In this document: positions 38,352 through 48,862 of the stretch, one piece after another
Position numbering within the stretch: position 1 is the stretch's first letter
Layout: every line of letters starts with the position of its first letter
From: Planctomycetaceae bacterium
Lineage (GTDB): Bacteria; Planctomycetota; Planctomycetia; Planctomycetales; Planctomycetaceae
Reading direction: 5' to 3'
Length of the DNA: 64,000 bases
Assembly (NCBI GenBank): GCA_036008465.1
Contig: DASYNP010000081.1
Location: forward strand, 2,178-66,177
Made by a program: the position numbers and the translations under genes
The notes under the pieces: generated by a model
The model's database searches: none
What the model was told of the DNA's origin: nothing
Seen by the model: only the letters and a program-made list of their open reading frames with translations

Positions 38352-40340
38352 ATGAAACTTAATTCTCGCCTACTGATCAGCGAGCTCTGCGCGGCAGCTG
38401 CCACGGCGCTTGTTTCCGCAATCGTGATCGCCGGCTGCGCGAGCGGTGAGCGAACGGGCAAGTTCTGGGACAAGGGAGACATCAACTCCTCCGACGCCTA
38501 TGTGGCCGCCGAAATGGCGAGGGATCAATCGATTGCCGCCAAGGATCACGCTGCCAGCACAAGCGGGAAGGTGGCCTTCACAAGCGGCACGCAAGACGGC
38601 ACGACGGGACACGTTTCCGTTGGAGATTTTTCTGGTCCGCCTGCCGCGCCCCCCGCAGTGAGCGCGCCGGCAGTTTCCGCTGGGAAATCGGACGTCGGCA
38701 GCGCTGCCGCACGTGGTGCTCAGAACGCGGGCGCCGCGGTGGGCAGCGCCGAGATTGCGGGCACTGCTGCAGGCGGAAGCATTGTCGCTCCCTATGTGCA
38801 AAAACGCGCCGCGAGCGGCCCGCTCGACAATAACTGTCACGATGGCGAGATCTTGAAACCCAAGACCGTCTCTGCCAGGCAGCTCGATCCGTTTGCTGCT
38901 ACGGACGCGGAGCCCTTCTTGGCGCCTGCGAAGGTCGCCCAGCGCCCAGCACCGCCTGCCACTGCCTTGGTCAATTCTGCGGCAACGGCACCGCCTGCTA
39001 CGCAGGCTTCCACCGCTCACCCGACTCTTCCCAGTGGGAATGCATTTGCCGAAACTGACGTCGCACAAACGCCGGTCGTGTCGACCAAAGCCAGTACGAA
39101 CCCGGTCCCGATGGAACTCGTGCCGAGCGAGCAGCCAAGCGCACCCGTAACGCCCTCGACCGCTCCCGCCTCTGCGGCCACTGTCGGCGGCTTCGACCCA
39201 TCGACTCCACCGCCGATTCCCACCGGCGCAACATCCACGCTGGGACCACCGCCGGCACCGCCACAACCCGCACCGGAGCGCATCGCGACCGTGATGCCTG
39301 CGCCGCCTGCGTTTGTGCCGCCAAAGTCTGTGACCGTCACGGCGCCGGCGCGTCCTCCTTCCGGGATCAGGCTGGGCGACGAGAATCTCAACGACGATCA
39401 ACAAAGCGCTGCTCGCCCGGAAGAGAAACAGGTCGTCGAGCCGGCGACTACTGAGCCCGCTCCCGAAACTCACCCGAGCGCCGCGGCCACCCCGTATGAA
39501 GCAGACACGCACCACGAAGTTGACACTCACAGCTGCGTGACGTCCCCGCCGCCACCGGTCGGAAATCCCGCAAGTGTGCCCGCGCCTCCGCCATCGTCGC
39601 CAGTTCAGGACATTTGGGAGGGCACGAAGGCGTCAAAGCCTGAGACACCTTCGATTGGACAATCTGCCCCGGTCGCGGCGCCCGTTCATGTGGCCGCACT
39701 GGTGCCCGCCTCCACAGAACCGAGTCGCGCGCAGCAGGCATCGACAACGCCGGCCGCGGTGCCGCTCGTCGCGATACCGCAGCGCGTAGCACCACCCCCC
39801 GCGACGCCGACTAAAGCGACTGCCGCGCGGGAAAGTGTTGCCGCCTCAAAAATCATCGAACAGTCCAAGGATGACGGCGGACCCGTTCCGATGATTTGCG
39901 ATTCCGCGTCGGTTCACGGGCGATACACAGGCTACGACAGCCCGCCACCCGCTCCGGCGCCCAATCCCTTCGACGCCGCACCGGCGAGCTCTCCGGTACC
40001 TGCCACCAAGAAAGTCAACAAGTCGATCGAGGGCAAGAGCACTTCCTTCTGGGACGACGCATTTGGCTCGCCGGCACTGAAGCACACCGTCTCGACCGCG
40101 GATTTTTCGGTTCCCGTCCCGCCCGGGCCGCTTGAGGACGACTGCCAGTCGATCGGAATCAAGGGGGCATCGACTCCCAGTGCAGCACTGGCCGCCACAA
40201 GGTCGGCGCGCGAGGCCGGCAGTTCCCGGTCCCATGCGTGGTTCGTGATTGGAATGGTCGCAGGACTCGCCCTCAGTGCCGTTGTCTGGCGACGCTGGCG
40301 AGACCACAGCGACCCACCGAGTGAGCCGCAGCTCGATTGA
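38352..40340 (+). CDS. Pro/Ala/Ser-rich low-complexity lipoprotein with a C-terminal transmembrane helix
   Basis: ATG 38352 with GAGGAA upstream. Signal peptide ending IAGC (lipobox). About 500 aa of P/A/S/T-rich sequence. C-terminal AWFVIGMVAGLALSAVVW followed by RRWR. Confidence 0.6.
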   Translation: MKLNSRLLISELCAAAATALVSAIVIAGCASGERTGKFWDKGDINSSDAYVAAEMARDQSIAAKDHAASTSGKVAFTSGTQDGTTGHVSVGDFSGPPAAPPAVSAPAVSAGKSDVGSAAARGAQNAGAAVGSAEIAGTAAGGSIVAPYVQKRAASGPLDNNCHDGEILKPKTVSARQLDPFAATDAEPFLAPAKVAQRPAPPATALVNSAATAPPATQASTAHPTLPSGNAFAETDVAQTPVVSTKASTNPVPMELVPSEQPSAPVTPSTAPASAATVGGFDPSTPPPIPTGATSTLGPPPAPPQPAPERIATVMPAPPAFVPPKSVTVTAPARPPSGIRLGDENLNDDQQSAARPEEKQVVEPATTEPAPETHPSAAATPYEADTHHEVDTHSCVTSPPPPVGNPASVPAPPPSSPVQDIWEGTKASKPETPSIGQSAPVAAPVHVAALVPASTEPSRAQQASTTPAAVPLVAIPQRVAPPPATPTKATAARESVAASKIIEQSKDDGGPVPMICDSASVHGRYTGYDSPPPAPAPNPFDAAPASSPVPATKKVNKSIEGKSTSFWDDAFGSPALKHTVSTADFSVPVPPGPLEDDCQSIGIKGASTPSAALAATRSAREAGSSRSHAWFVIGMVAGLALSAVVWRRWRDHSDPPSEPQLD

Positions 40341-40607
40341 ACCCGCCTTCGGAATCAGTCTGTGCGGGTTATTCCGAGTTTTCGGTCTGCGGAACGCTGC
40401 CGCGCGTGCAAGCCACGTTCGCATTCGATCTCGCTGCGCGCCGTGCTGAAAAAACCCCGCCGGTGACCCGGCTTCGCGCCGGACGTGCACTATAGTTGTG
40501 CGCGGCCGAGGCTGCCTTGCTTCCAGAGGCGCATCAGGCTGCGGGACGAAACACGCACCGGACGACGAGCCGCGACACGCAACTGCTCGGTGCATCGGGA
40601 GAGTGAG

Positions 40608-40958
40608 ATGAGCGACGACGATCCTTGGAGCCGCCCGACCCTAAAGGACTTGCAGGACATCCTCGAGCGGATTGACAAGCCCGAGACCGAGAACCGGCGG
40701 GACATCGAGCGCCTCGAGCTGGCCGTGCCGGCCGAGATCATCACCAGCCGCGGCAACACCGTTGCGGCTATGACGCGCGAGATCAGTCGGACGGGCATCG
40801 GCATGTTGCATCGCGGCGCAATCTCGCTGGGTGAAGTCACGGTCAAAATGGCCGGCGACTCGCGCACCTTCGAATACCGGGTGCTGATCGAGTGGTGCTC
40901 GCCGTGCGATAACGGCATGTTCATGAGCGGCGGCCGATTCCTGCCCCGCGGGAAGTAG
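40608..40958 (+). CDS. PilZ domain-like protein (116 aa)
   Basis: RRDIER (RRxxxR), then EISRTGIG about 25 aa later (D/N-x-S-x-x-G with E in the first position). GGGAGAG upstream of the ATG. Confidence 0.5.
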   Translation: MSDDDPWSRPTLKDLQDILERIDKPETENRRDIERLELAVPAEIITSRGNTVAAMTREISRTGIGMLHRGAISLGEVTVKMAGDSRTFEYRVLIEWCSPCDNGMFMSGGRFLPRGK

Positions 40959-40970
40959 ACAGGCTGTTCG

Positions 40971-41411
40971 CTAGGCGGGCGAGTCGCCCGACTGGCCCGG
41001 ATCGCTCTGGCGCTTCTCGGGCGGAATGAGCCGGTCGAGAATCCCGTTGACGAATTGCGGGGACTGCGCCGTGCCGAAGCGGCGAGCCAGCTCGATCGTT
41101 TCGTCGATCACGACGCGGTGCGGCGTGTCTGTGAACAGAAGTTCGTAAGCACCGAGCCGCAGGGCGTTGCGATCCGTCGGCGCCATTCGAGCCAGCGTCC
41201 AGTTCTCGGCAGCCGTACCGATCCGCGCATCGAGCGCCCCGCGACTTTCGCGCACTCCGGCAAATAAAGACCAGGCGAACGCCTGCAGGTCCTCGTCGGC
41301 AAGCTGCTCGCGGATCATCTCGCGCACAGCCGTCGCGGCGACGTCTGGATTGACGTCGATCTGGTAGAGCATCTGCAGCACGACTTCGCGTGCCTTGCTG
41401 CGCCGCGTCAT
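40971..41411 (-). CDS. nusB: Transcription antitermination factor NusB
   Basis: [31 protein letters not shown]. Confidence 0.9.
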   Translation of the reverse strand: MTRRSKAREVVLQMLYQIDVNPDVAATAVREMIREQLADEDLQAFAWSLFAGVRESRGALDARIGTAAENWTLARMAPTDRNALRLGAYELLFTDTPHRVVIDETIELARRFGTAQSPQFVNGILDRLIPPEKRQSDPGQSGDSPA

Positions 41412-41415
41412 CGAC

Positions 41416-41916
41416 TCACACTCCGCTCGAGCCCGTCCCGGACCGGCCTCGAGGAACCTTCCGGAGCAAATTCACCATTTCGATCGCCGCCAATGCGCAC
41501 TCGCTCCCCTTGTTGCCTGCCGTCCCGCCGGCCCGCTCCATGGCCAGCTCCATGGTGGGACAGGTCAACACGCCGAACAGCACCGGAACGCCGCTGAAAA
41601 CGGCTGTCTCCATGATCGCCCGCGACACTTGCTGATTGATGTACTCGTGGTGGCTCGTCTCGCCCTGAACAACCGCCCCCAGGCAGCAAACGGCGGCAAA
41701 CCCGCCGCTCCTGGCCAGCCGATCGGCCACGATCGGAATCTCGAACGAGCCGGGAACCCAGGCAACGGTGATCCGCTCGTCGGGCACGCCGTGATGCTGG
41801 AACGTCGCCAGCGCGCCGTCCAAGAGCCGTCGCGTCACCATCTCATTGTACCGCGAGATGACGATCGCAAACGCATCGTCGCCGACGGTTAACTCGCCTT
41901 CGATATGCTTTGGCAT
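41416..41916 (-). CDS. ribH: 6,7-dimethyl-8-ribityllumazine synthase
   Basis: [41 protein letters not shown] 41916 chosen; the ORF is open to 42039. Confidence 0.9.
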   Translation of the reverse strand: MPKHIEGELTVGDDAFAIVISRYNEMVTRRLLDGALATFQHHGVPDERITVAWVPGSFEIPIVADRLARSGGFAAVCCLGAVVQGETSHHEYINQQVSRAIMETAVFSGVPVLFGVLTCPTMELAMERAGGTAGNKGSECALAAIEMVNLLRKVPRGRSGTGSSGV

Positions 41917-42072
41917 GCCGCCCAGCCTTTCGGAGTGCCAGAGCGCGTTGTCGGGACGAGCGAGCCCCTTGCTTAGCGGCGCCTCGAGTGTCTGACTGCC
42001 GACTCGACCGGGCGAACCGATCGGCGTCGGCGGGTCCACGCCGACTTCCCCAGCCGAACTGCCCGCGCCCTT

Positions 42073-43491
<1,419 letters not shown>

Positions 43492-43649
43492 GGCGAGATC
43501 TTTCTGAATTGCAAGAAAATCAACATTCGCAAGGAGAGGAGTCAGGAGCCGAATTGGGCGGGAACGCGTGGGAGATTTTTGATGAGAAATAAGGACCCGC
43601 GAGCGTCACGAATGTGCACGGTTCGATTGCAAGGCAGCGCAGATTTGCA

Positions 43650-44273
43650 TCACGACATCTTTAACAGGATTTCTTCCAGCTGACGGCCGGCGGCATCGAC
43701 AGAACCAGAATTGTCCACGATGAACTGGCTTCGGCTCCGTTTCGATTGCAACGAAGCCTGACTGGACTCCCGACGTTCTGTTTCCGCATCGTCCCAACCG
43801 CGAATCTCACGAAGTCGGGCATAGCGCTCATCGCGCGGCACGTCGATGAACACAACCGCGTGGCATAAATCGTTCCAGCCTGCTTCAAAAAGGACGGCCG
43901 CATCCAGCAGCACGGCCCGCTGGCCCGCCGCCGCGGCAGTTGCAATTCGTTCGGCGATGGTCTCCCTGATACGAGGATGGACGATCCGCTCTAAGTCATC
44001 TCGCGCCGAGTGCTCCTCGCGGCCAGAACCGAAAACAATTTGCCCCAGCGCTTTGCGATTGATCTGACCGTCCGCATTGAACACAGGTTCGCCGAACCGC
44101 TTGCGAATGGCGTCCCGCACCGCAGACTCAGTCAGGACCTCATGTCCGATCTCGTCTCCGTTGATCAGCGACACGTCGTCGTGGCGTGCGGCCACCCAAC
44201 GGGCGACTGAACTTTTTCCCGAGCCAATCCCCCCGACAATTGCAATCACGGGAATGTGCGTGCGTTCTGACAC
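43650..44273 (-). CDS. coaE: Dephospho-CoA kinase
   Basis: VIAIVGGIGSGKS P-loop, VHPRIRE, VLLDAAVLFEAGW. GTG start. Confidence 0.88.
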   Translation of the reverse strand: MSERTHIPVIAIVGGIGSGKSSVARWVAARHDDVSLINGDEIGHEVLTESAVRDAIRKRFGEPVFNADGQINRKALGQIVFGSGREEHSARDDLERIVHPRIRETIAERIATAAAAGQRAVLLDAAVLFEAGWNDLCHAVVFIDVPRDERYARLREIRGWDDAETERRESSQASLQSKRSRSQFIVDNSGSVDAAGRQLEEILLKMS

Positions 44274-44527
44274 GAACGAAACGGCGGTAGGTTGGGATGA
44301 AGAAACCGACGAATCAACAATCCGTTGCGATTTTGGTTTGCCGTCGTGCGTTCCGATCGCACACAGACGAGAGAAATGCGGTGAGGAAAGCTCTTGCGCC
44401 CTTAATCGTCCCTGATCGCGTTACGTCTGTCAACGATAAACGAGCAAAATCCGCTGCGCCCTTGTTGCCATCCGTGCGGGGCCGTCGAAGCAACACGACA
44501 CTTGGCCAACGCATCGATCGAAGTCGA

Positions 44528-46564
44528 TTAGTCCGCGTCGCCGTCGTCGATCACCAGCGTGCAATCGGGCAAGCTGTCAAGAAACTGCCGGCCGTAGGGC
44601 TTGCTCCGGACCCGTGGATCGAGAATGGCGACTTGCCCCGTGTCTCCCTTGCGGCGGATCAGGCGGCCGAAGCCTTGCTTTAGCTTGATTACAGCCTCGG
44701 GCACCTGGTACTCGATGAACGGATTGCCGCCCCGCTCGCGAATCGCCTCCAGCCGCGCCTCCAAGAGCGGATGGTCCGGAACGCTGAACGGCAGCTTGGT
44801 AATGATCACATTCTGAAGTGCGTCCCCGGGCACGTCGACTCCCTGCCAAAAACTGTCGGTGCCGAACAGGACGCCCGCCCCATCTTTACGAAACCGTTCC
44901 AACATCAGCGAATTCGGCAGACCGTCGGACTGGCAGTAGAGCGTGTATTGATTTTTTGCGAACCATTTCGCGAGCCGCTCGGCACAGCTCTTGAGCATGC
45001 GGTAACTCGTGAAGAGGACAAACGCACGCCCCTGCGTCTCGTTCACGTGCCGCTGAATTCGCTCGCAGACGGCTTGTTCGTACTCGGCGGGATTCGCAGA
45101 CGGATCGGGCATCCCATTTGCAAGGATCAGTTTGGCCTGCCGCTTGAAATCAAATGGACTCCCGAGCCGGCATTCATCAGCGCTCGCCGCGCCGACACGG
45201 TCTTTCACAAACTCGAAGCTCTGCTTCCCGACCGCGAGCGTGGCGCTGGTCAGAATGACCGTCTTCACGCGATCGAACAGCTCGCTCTTGAGCACCGGGC
45301 CGACTTCGATCGGTGCGCAGTGCAACTCGGTGCGCGGCCGCTTCCCCTGCCGCACTTCGATCCAATAGACGCAACCGGGCAGCGACTGCTTGAGCCAGGC
45401 CGCCAGCGACTGCCCCAGCTCGACGCACCGCTGCGACGCGGCGGTCAGTTCGATCGCCTGCTCTTCGTTCGCAATGTTTTTCGCGGCCGACCCCATTGAG
45501 GCGGCCAGCTCGGCGAGCGCCGGCGTCACCTTGTTGGCGAGATCGAGCGGCGCACGCAGACGGCCATTCTTGCTGCCGCGCTGTTGCTGCCAATCGCGAA
45601 CGTCTTCCAGCAGATCGCGCACTCCGTGCCGAATGCGGTCGACGAGCCGCTGAGCGTCGACCAGCTTGTGATGCACGAGCAGCCCGCGCTGCGTGTAGTC
45701 GTTGTAGAGCTTGTTGAGCAGGTAATCGAATTGGCCGCTCGTGAGCGAAAGGCCCATCCGTTCGCCCGCGACGGCCTCGACCGTGTGCGCCTCATCCAGC
45801 ACGACCACCTCGTAGTCGGGCAACAGGCTCACGCCTTCGCGCCGGAGTGCCAGGTCCGAAAAGAACAGGGCGTGGTTGACGACCACGATGTCGGCGTCCC
45901 AGATCCGTCGTCGCGCCTGGTAATAAAAGCAGTCGCTGTAAGTGGGACACTTCTTCCCCAGGCAATTGCCCCGGTCGCTGGCGACTTCGTCCCAGACGTT
46001 CGGCAGCGGACGCAGCGGCAGGTCACTGCGAGTGCCGTCGGTCGTGCGCCGCGACCAGTCGAGGACCGCCTGTAGCTGCTCGAATTCCTGCTCCTGAAAA
46101 AAGATCGACTTGGCCCGCTCTACGGCCGCGTTCATCCGCCGCAGACTGATGTAGTTCCCCCGCCCCTTTGCCAACACGCACGAGAACTCGACGGGCAACA
46201 CCGACCGCAGAAACGGAATGTCCCGCGTGACGAGCTGCTCCTGCAGGCTGATCGTGTGTGTGGAAATGACGAGCGGCTTGCGCGGCCTTTTGTCGGAATC
46301 CGCGTCGTCGGCGTCCGACGTCACCGCCAGAATGGCCGGCACCAGATAGGCAAAACTCTTGCCGACTCCCGTGCCCGCCTCGACCAAGAGATGTCTCGAC
46401 TCGGCAATCGCCCGCTCGACGGCCTCCGCCATCTCGAGCTGCTGCGGCCGATGCTCATAACTTTCCAACCGCCGGGCAATGCGCCCGTCGCTGCCGAGCA
46501 CCGAAGTGGCATTGAGGGTCAAAGCGAAGAGGCTCCATCCGCGGACCGTGTGGCCGACACGCAA
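44528..46564 (-). CDS. DinG/Rad3-family ATP-dependent DNA helicase (Fe-S type)
   Basis: EAGTGVGKSFAYLVPA (motif I), VVLDEAHTVE (DEAH), Cys cluster CLGKKCPTYSDCFYY, C-terminal GFGRLIRRKGDTG. Non-ATG start (TTG 46564 or downstream), so the exact start is uncertain. Confidence 0.85.
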   Translation of the reverse strand: MRVGHTVRGWSLFALTLNATSVLGSDGRIARRLESYEHRPQQLEMAEAVERAIAESRHLLVEAGTGVGKSFAYLVPAILAVTSDADDADSDKRPRKPLVISTHTISLQEQLVTRDIPFLRSVLPVEFSCVLAKGRGNYISLRRMNAAVERAKSIFFQEQEFEQLQAVLDWSRRTTDGTRSDLPLRPLPNVWDEVASDRGNCLGKKCPTYSDCFYYQARRRIWDADIVVVNHALFFSDLALRREGVSLLPDYEVVVLDEAHTVEAVAGERMGLSLTSGQFDYLLNKLYNDYTQRGLLVHHKLVDAQRLVDRIRHGVRDLLEDVRDWQQQRGSKNGRLRAPLDLANKVTPALAELAASMGSAAKNIANEEQAIELTAASQRCVELGQSLAAWLKQSLPGCVYWIEVRQGKRPRTELHCAPIEVGPVLKSELFDRVKTVILTSATLAVGKQSFEFVKDRVGAASADECRLGSPFDFKRQAKLILANGMPDPSANPAEYEQAVCERIQRHVNETQGRAFVLFTSYRMLKSCAERLAKWFAKNQYTLYCQSDGLPNSLMLERFRKDGAGVLFGTDSFWQGVDVPGDALQNVIITKLPFSVPDHPLLEARLEAIRERGGNPFIEYQVPEAVIKLKQGFGRLIRRKGDTGQVAILDPRVRSKPYGRQFLDSLPDCTLVIDDGDAD

Positions 46565-46617
46565 GCAATTCTAATGCTCGCGGGACGGCCGCACAGGTGC
46601 AGGGACGCTGCCCCTGC

Positions 46618-47571
46618 TTATTGGCGCGAAGTCTCCGACGAGGAATTGCGCGCGCTCGCCATGACCCCGTCGAGCCAGGCGATCAGATCACCCGTCACTT
46701 CGTCGCGGTTGATTTCGTTCAGGGTTTCGTGGCGGCCGTCGGGATAGAGCTTATAGGTTACGTTCTGCAGACCCGCGGCGCGATAGGCCGAAAGCAATTG
46801 ATCGATGTTATTTCCGACCGGATCCCGACTGCCTCGGAAAATGTAGATTGGCAGCGTTTTGGGAATGCCCGCCTGGCGAGAGGGCCGGGAGAGTGCCGGC
46901 AGGGCGCCGAGAATGTCGATGAAAAGCTGCACCTGAGAATCGAAGCCGCACAGCGGATCCGCGATGTACTTGTCGACTTCGTTCGGATCGCGAGAGAGCC
47001 AGTCGAACGGCGTGCGGGCCGGACTGAACGGTTTGTTGAAGGCACCAAAGACCAGCCCCTGCAAGAGCGGACTCTTGCCGTGACCCCCCACGCGCAGCCG
47101 CTCGAGCTGCGCGACCAAGATCCCCAAAGGGGCGGTCGCCGGCGGCCTTCCATTGGAACCAGAGAGCACCGCCGCGATGACGGCATCGCCATGGTCGCAG
47201 ATGAATTGCTGAACCATGAACGATCCCAGCGAGTGGCCGAGGATCACAATTGGCGTTCGGGGATGGTCCGCCGTGATCCGCCGGTTCAGTTGCCACAGAT
47301 CATCGACGCACTTGTTCCAGCCATCGCTCTCGGCGAAAAACCCCAAGTCCGCGGCCGTCATCGCCGAGCGCCCGTGTCCGCGATGGTCGTCGGCGTAAAC
47401 CGCGTAGCCTTCGCCACACAAGGCTGCGGCGACCCGCGAATATCGGCCGGCATGTTCCGCCCAACCGTGCGCGATCTGCACAACCGCCCGAGGCGCCTGC
47501 TCGGGCAGCCAGCGATAAACGAACAACGGCACGCCATCAAGCGCGGAGAGAATAAAGGTCGAAGCCTGCAT
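46618..47571 (-). CDS. Alpha/beta hydrolase (lysophospholipase/monoglyceride-lipase-like)
   Basis: HGWAEHAGRY, DHRGHGRS, nucleophile elbow GHSLGS. Confidence 0.8.
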   Translation of the reverse strand: MQASTFILSALDGVPLFVYRWLPEQAPRAVVQIAHGWAEHAGRYSRVAAALCGEGYAVYADDHRGHGRSAMTAADLGFFAESDGWNKCVDDLWQLNRRITADHPRTPIVILGHSLGSFMVQQFICDHGDAVIAAVLSGSNGRPPATAPLGILVAQLERLRVGGHGKSPLLQGLVFGAFNKPFSPARTPFDWLSRDPNEVDKYIADPLCGFDSQVQLFIDILGALPALSRPSRQAGIPKTLPIYIFRGSRDPVGNNIDQLLSAYRAAGLQNVTYKLYPDGRHETLNEINRDEVTGDLIAWLDGVMASARNSSSETSRQ

Positions 47572-47727
47572 TGAACCACCGCTCCGCCGGCATCAAAACC
47601 ATGACCTTCAAGAAGCCTGAGGCGTCAGTAGTTGCCCTCTATGGGGTAGTTCCCAATTGTTTGCGCGAGTTCGTCGTCAGTAGGCTACGGTCCGCAGCGT
47701 TGCGTGGACGTCTGCGTCCCAGCCCGT

Positions 47728-47767
47728 GCCCGCTTGGCCCAACTTCGCGGGCGCGGGTTCTTTTTTT
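47728..47767 (+). terminator. Terminator-like element on the plus strand (GCCCGC/GCGGGC or CCCGC/GCGGG stem, then TTCTTTTTTT)
   Basis: Read directly and preceded by a GGACG/CGTCC hairpin (47706-47719). No plus-strand gene ends here, so the assignment is tentative. Confidence 0.3.
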
Positions 47768-47881
47768 AACATCGCGCGCACTTAGTTTCACGAACCGATT
47801 TACCGCAGATCGCGCTGTCCACAATCCAGCCCCAGCGACTGAGGATGTGGCTCTCTCCAATTGGGCGATCATGGGGGACAA

Positions 47882-48457
47882 TCAGTCGGCGGACTTCGGA
47901 TCATCCTCCGCGGACTTCGGCTTATCCAACGGCACCGCGGCCTGAGCCTCGTCACGCTCGTGGCGGAGTTTATCCACCAGCTTTTGCTGCTGGCGCAGCT
48001 CTCTCGTAACCGGGAGCGCGTCAATCTCTGCAGCGACTTTTTTCGCCGTCGGCGAACCCGGCTGCTTGCAGTCCGCCGCGAACTTATTCGTGAACTCGCG
48101 CACTTTTTGCAAATTGGCCTTCTCGGCGTCCGTGTGGTCGTCGGCTCCATCGGGCTCGAAGTCGATGCTGTCCCCGCCTCTTCGCGGGTCGAGATACACG
48201 GTATGCAGCCCTTTGATTGTCAGCCCCTGCGGCAGCATCACGGAAAAGACGTGATAGGCGGCGGCCTGCTCCTGGGACTGCTGGTCCCGCTGGAGTAAAT
48301 AGAGTTTTCTCTGCTCTTTTCTGAGGGCGACTGAGGCTGCGTTCAGTCGTGCGACGGGATCATCAGCGGGCGTAGCCGGAGGAGGCACCGGCGGCGGTTC
48401 TTTGGCGCACGACACGGCCGCCAGGCACAGACACGTAAGCAGGATGCGAGTTTGCAT
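47882..48457 (-). CDS. Hypothetical lipoprotein (191 aa)
   Basis: MQTRILLTCLCLAAVSC lipobox. ATG 48457 chosen because the longer ORF (to 48538) would overlap tRNA-Val. Confidence 0.55.
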   Translation of the reverse strand: MQTRILLTCLCLAAVSCAKEPPPVPPPATPADDPVARLNAASVALRKEQRKLYLLQRDQQSQEQAAAYHVFSVMLPQGLTIKGLHTVYLDPRRGGDSIDFEPDGADDHTDAEKANLQKVREFTNKFAADCKQPGSPTAKKVAAEIDALPVTRELRQQQKLVDKLRHERDEAQAAVPLDKPKSAEDDPKSAD

Positions 48458-48479
48458 GGTGCGACATCGGGTCAAACAA

Positions 48480-48553
48480 TGGGCGATGAGGGACTCGAAC
48501 CCCCGACTTCTACGGTGTAAACGTAGCGCTCTAACCAACTGAGCTAATCGCCC
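48480..48553 (-). tRNA. tRNA-Val (anticodon UAC), no encoded CCA
   Basis: Minus-strand GGGCGATTAGCTCAGTTGGTTAGAGCGCTACGTTTACACCGTAGAAGTCGGGGGTTCGAGTCCCTCATCGCCCA. Anticodon arm CTACG-TTTACAC-CGTAG. Confidence 0.9.
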
Positions 48554-48862
48554 GAAGTGTATGCCGCGGTTTGAGTTGCAATCGTCTTGAAGCGGCGGCG
48601 CAGCGTCGCGGCTGTCTCGCTCACTCTAGGTCGGCCGGGATATACTGTCAATAAGCGGGCGGCGCGGCAGAAGATCGGCCCCGTCTCGGCGAAGTCCCTG
48701 TCGACAAGAGGCTTCAAATCGGTCCGCTTGCGCGAAGTCGACCGTCGGCTGATCCGCAAAAGGCGCTCGAAAGAGGACCCGGTCATCAGTCAGTCGAAAA
48801 CCACCGCACCCATTCCAAACGCGACGCACCGGAAAGTCGACGAGGCGCCGCCGGGGGAGCGG

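Noticed and set aside
38370-39530. 386-aa minus-strand ORF, plus other ORFs inside 38.4-40.3 kb
   Set aside because: These are Arg-rich antisense translations of the Pro/Ala-rich gene (GC-rich low-complexity DNA). The plus-strand gene has a signal peptide, a Shine-Dalgarno sequence and a terminal TM helix.
41917-42072. Possible FMN (RFN) riboswitch in the 155-nt leader upstream of ribH
   Set aside because: I compared the minus-strand leader by eye with the RFN consensus. The hallmark GGGUGAAAUUCCC and CCGACAGU-AAAGUC-GGAUG blocks are absent. Only a weak partial resemblance remains (CGGCAGTCAGACACTCGAGG). An Rfam scan would settle it.
48458-48538. N-terminal extension of the lipoprotein ORF (47882-48538)
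   Set aside because: It would overlap tRNA-Val on the same strand. The internal ATG at 48457 gives a clean lipoprotein signal peptide.
48587-48862. Upstream part of the first GTPase ORF (TTG 48587)
   Set aside because: It is a highly basic, low-information translation and begins 34 nt from the 5' end of the divergent tRNA-Val, where the tRNA promoter must lie. A later TTG (48863, or 48728) is preferred, but the true start is unresolved.
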